Origin: Geosiphon pyriformis uo1
Lineage: Eukaryota; Fungi; Glomeromycota
NCBI GenBank assembly: GCA_016748015.1
Contig: JAAOMT010000035.1
Coordinates: 1 to 23,515, forward strand
Direction: 5' to 3'
DNA: 23,515 nt
Both the position numbers and the translations under genes were made by a program. A model generated the notes under the pieces. That model was not told where the DNA came from, searched no databases, and was given only the letters and a program-made list of their open reading frames with translations. Positions 22,550 through 23,515 of the stretch are shown piece after piece (the first letter of the stretch is position 1; the number at the start of each line of letters is the position of its first letter).

Positions 22550-22900
22550 TGACCACACGTGGCTGGTACATGTATGTGTTGGCCATAATATGTTAGCTGG
22601 AGTTCCTGGGTGTTCTAGTTTAACGTTGCATTGACTTTGAATAGCCAGTCATTACCAACAAGAGCTTGATATTGAGTGGCTTTCATCACTAGAACTTTAA
22701 TGGGAGTCATGATGCCATTGACTTCAAAAGGAAAGTCATCGATTTCACCAATTGGAGTTTTGGTTGTTTCATCGGCTGTGATGATTTTGGTACTGGCAGC
22801 TTAATCAATTCGGCAACTTAATTGATCCATGAGTTGTCATGTGATGATGCTGCCTGCTGAATTGTTATCAAGGATTAATTTGATGGATTGTCTCTCGACT
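22550..22900 (-). pseudogene. Retroviral-type aspartic protease
   Basis: IKLILDNNSAGSIIT (D at 22867-22869, from DSG), IITAD, ALVGNDWL; in-frame stops are present. Confidence 0.85.
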
Positions 22901-23088
22901 TTGGCGTCAGTATACATCGCAGTGATTGGTTTGGCTTCAAGAGTAGCTCCACTAAATAATAGCGTTGTAGTCATTTTCTCGAATTCGAATAGGAATATAG
23001 CAGCCAAAGACTCGTCTTCGGTGATGATAGCAGATAGGATATTACTGGTGAGTGGTTGTTTTTGGGTGAATGCTGGGTTATTGGTTGA

Positions 23089-23515
23089 GGGTTAGGGTTA
23101 GGGTTAGGGTTAGGGTTAGGGTTATTGGTTGAGGGTTAGGGTTAGGGATAGGGATAGGGATAGGGATAGGGATAGGGTTAGGGATAGGGATAGGGATAGG
23201 GATAGGGTTAGGGTTAGGGTTAGGGTTAGGGTTAGGGTTAGGGTTAGGGTTAGGGTTAGGGTTAGGGTTATTGGTTGAGGGTTAGGGTTAGGGTTAGGGT
23301 TAGGGATAGGGATAGGGATAGGGATAGGGATAGGGATAGGGTTAGGGTTAGGGATAGGGTTAGGGTTAGGGTTAGGGTTAGGGTTAGGGTTAGGGTTAGG
23401 GTTAGGGTTAGGGTTAGGGTTAGGGTTAGGGTTAGGGTTAGGGTTAGGGTTAGGGTTAGGGTTAGGGTTAGGGTTAGGGTTAGGGTTAGGGTTAGGGTTA
23501 GGGTTAGGGTTAGGA
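23089..23515 (+). repeat. Telomere (TTAGGG)n with variant repeats
   Basis: GGGTTA array running to the window end in G-strand orientation, with 16 GGGATA variants and TTGGTTGA inserts at 23125-23132 and 23271-23278. Confidence 0.98.

Larger units (their letters stand above)
16234..23088 (-). mobile_element. Ty3/Gypsy LTR retrotransposon with dUTPase, 5'-truncated by the telomere
   Basis: Order on the - strand: gag tail, PR, dUTPase, RT, RNase H, INT, extra ORF, PPT, 3' LTR. The 5' LTR, PBS and most of gag are absent. Confidence 0.93.

Noticed and set aside
17264-23095. Numerous + strand ORFs over the Ty3/Gypsy element and the alternative-frame ORF 19676..19906
   Set aside because: Antisense or off-frame shadows of gag-pol with low-complexity composition.

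Overview
AT-rich eukaryotic chromosome end with no recognisable host gene. The repeat proteins resemble, from memory, those of Glomeromycotina fungi (Geosiphon-like); this is inference. From left to right: (1) 1-5309, a compact intronless module encoding a protelomerase (telomere resolvase)-like R-K-R-H-Y enzyme (- strand, one frameshift, catalytic half missing from the ORF track), two small ORFs, and a decayed fusion of an AEP primase, Zn ribbon and herpes UL9-like SF2 helicase. This gene set is expected of a hairpin-ended linear replicon and is the top candidate for an undescribed system. (2) 5310-8279, an endonuclease-less Penelope-like retroelement ending in fossil C-strand telomeric repeats of opposite polarity to the present telomere. 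(3) 8280-14486, strongly C>T/G>A-eroded TE relics, including a zinc-knuckle ORF split by a solo LTR with a 4-bp TSD, and a 20-N gap. (4) 14487-23088, nested LTR retrotransposons; the youngest is a dUTPase-carrying Ty3/Gypsy element on the - strand. (5) 23089-23515, a TTAGGG telomere added directly onto the truncated Ty3/Gypsy gag, containing GGGATA variants and two internal copies of the junction octamer. All family calls come from manual translation and motif recognition; no database searches were run.
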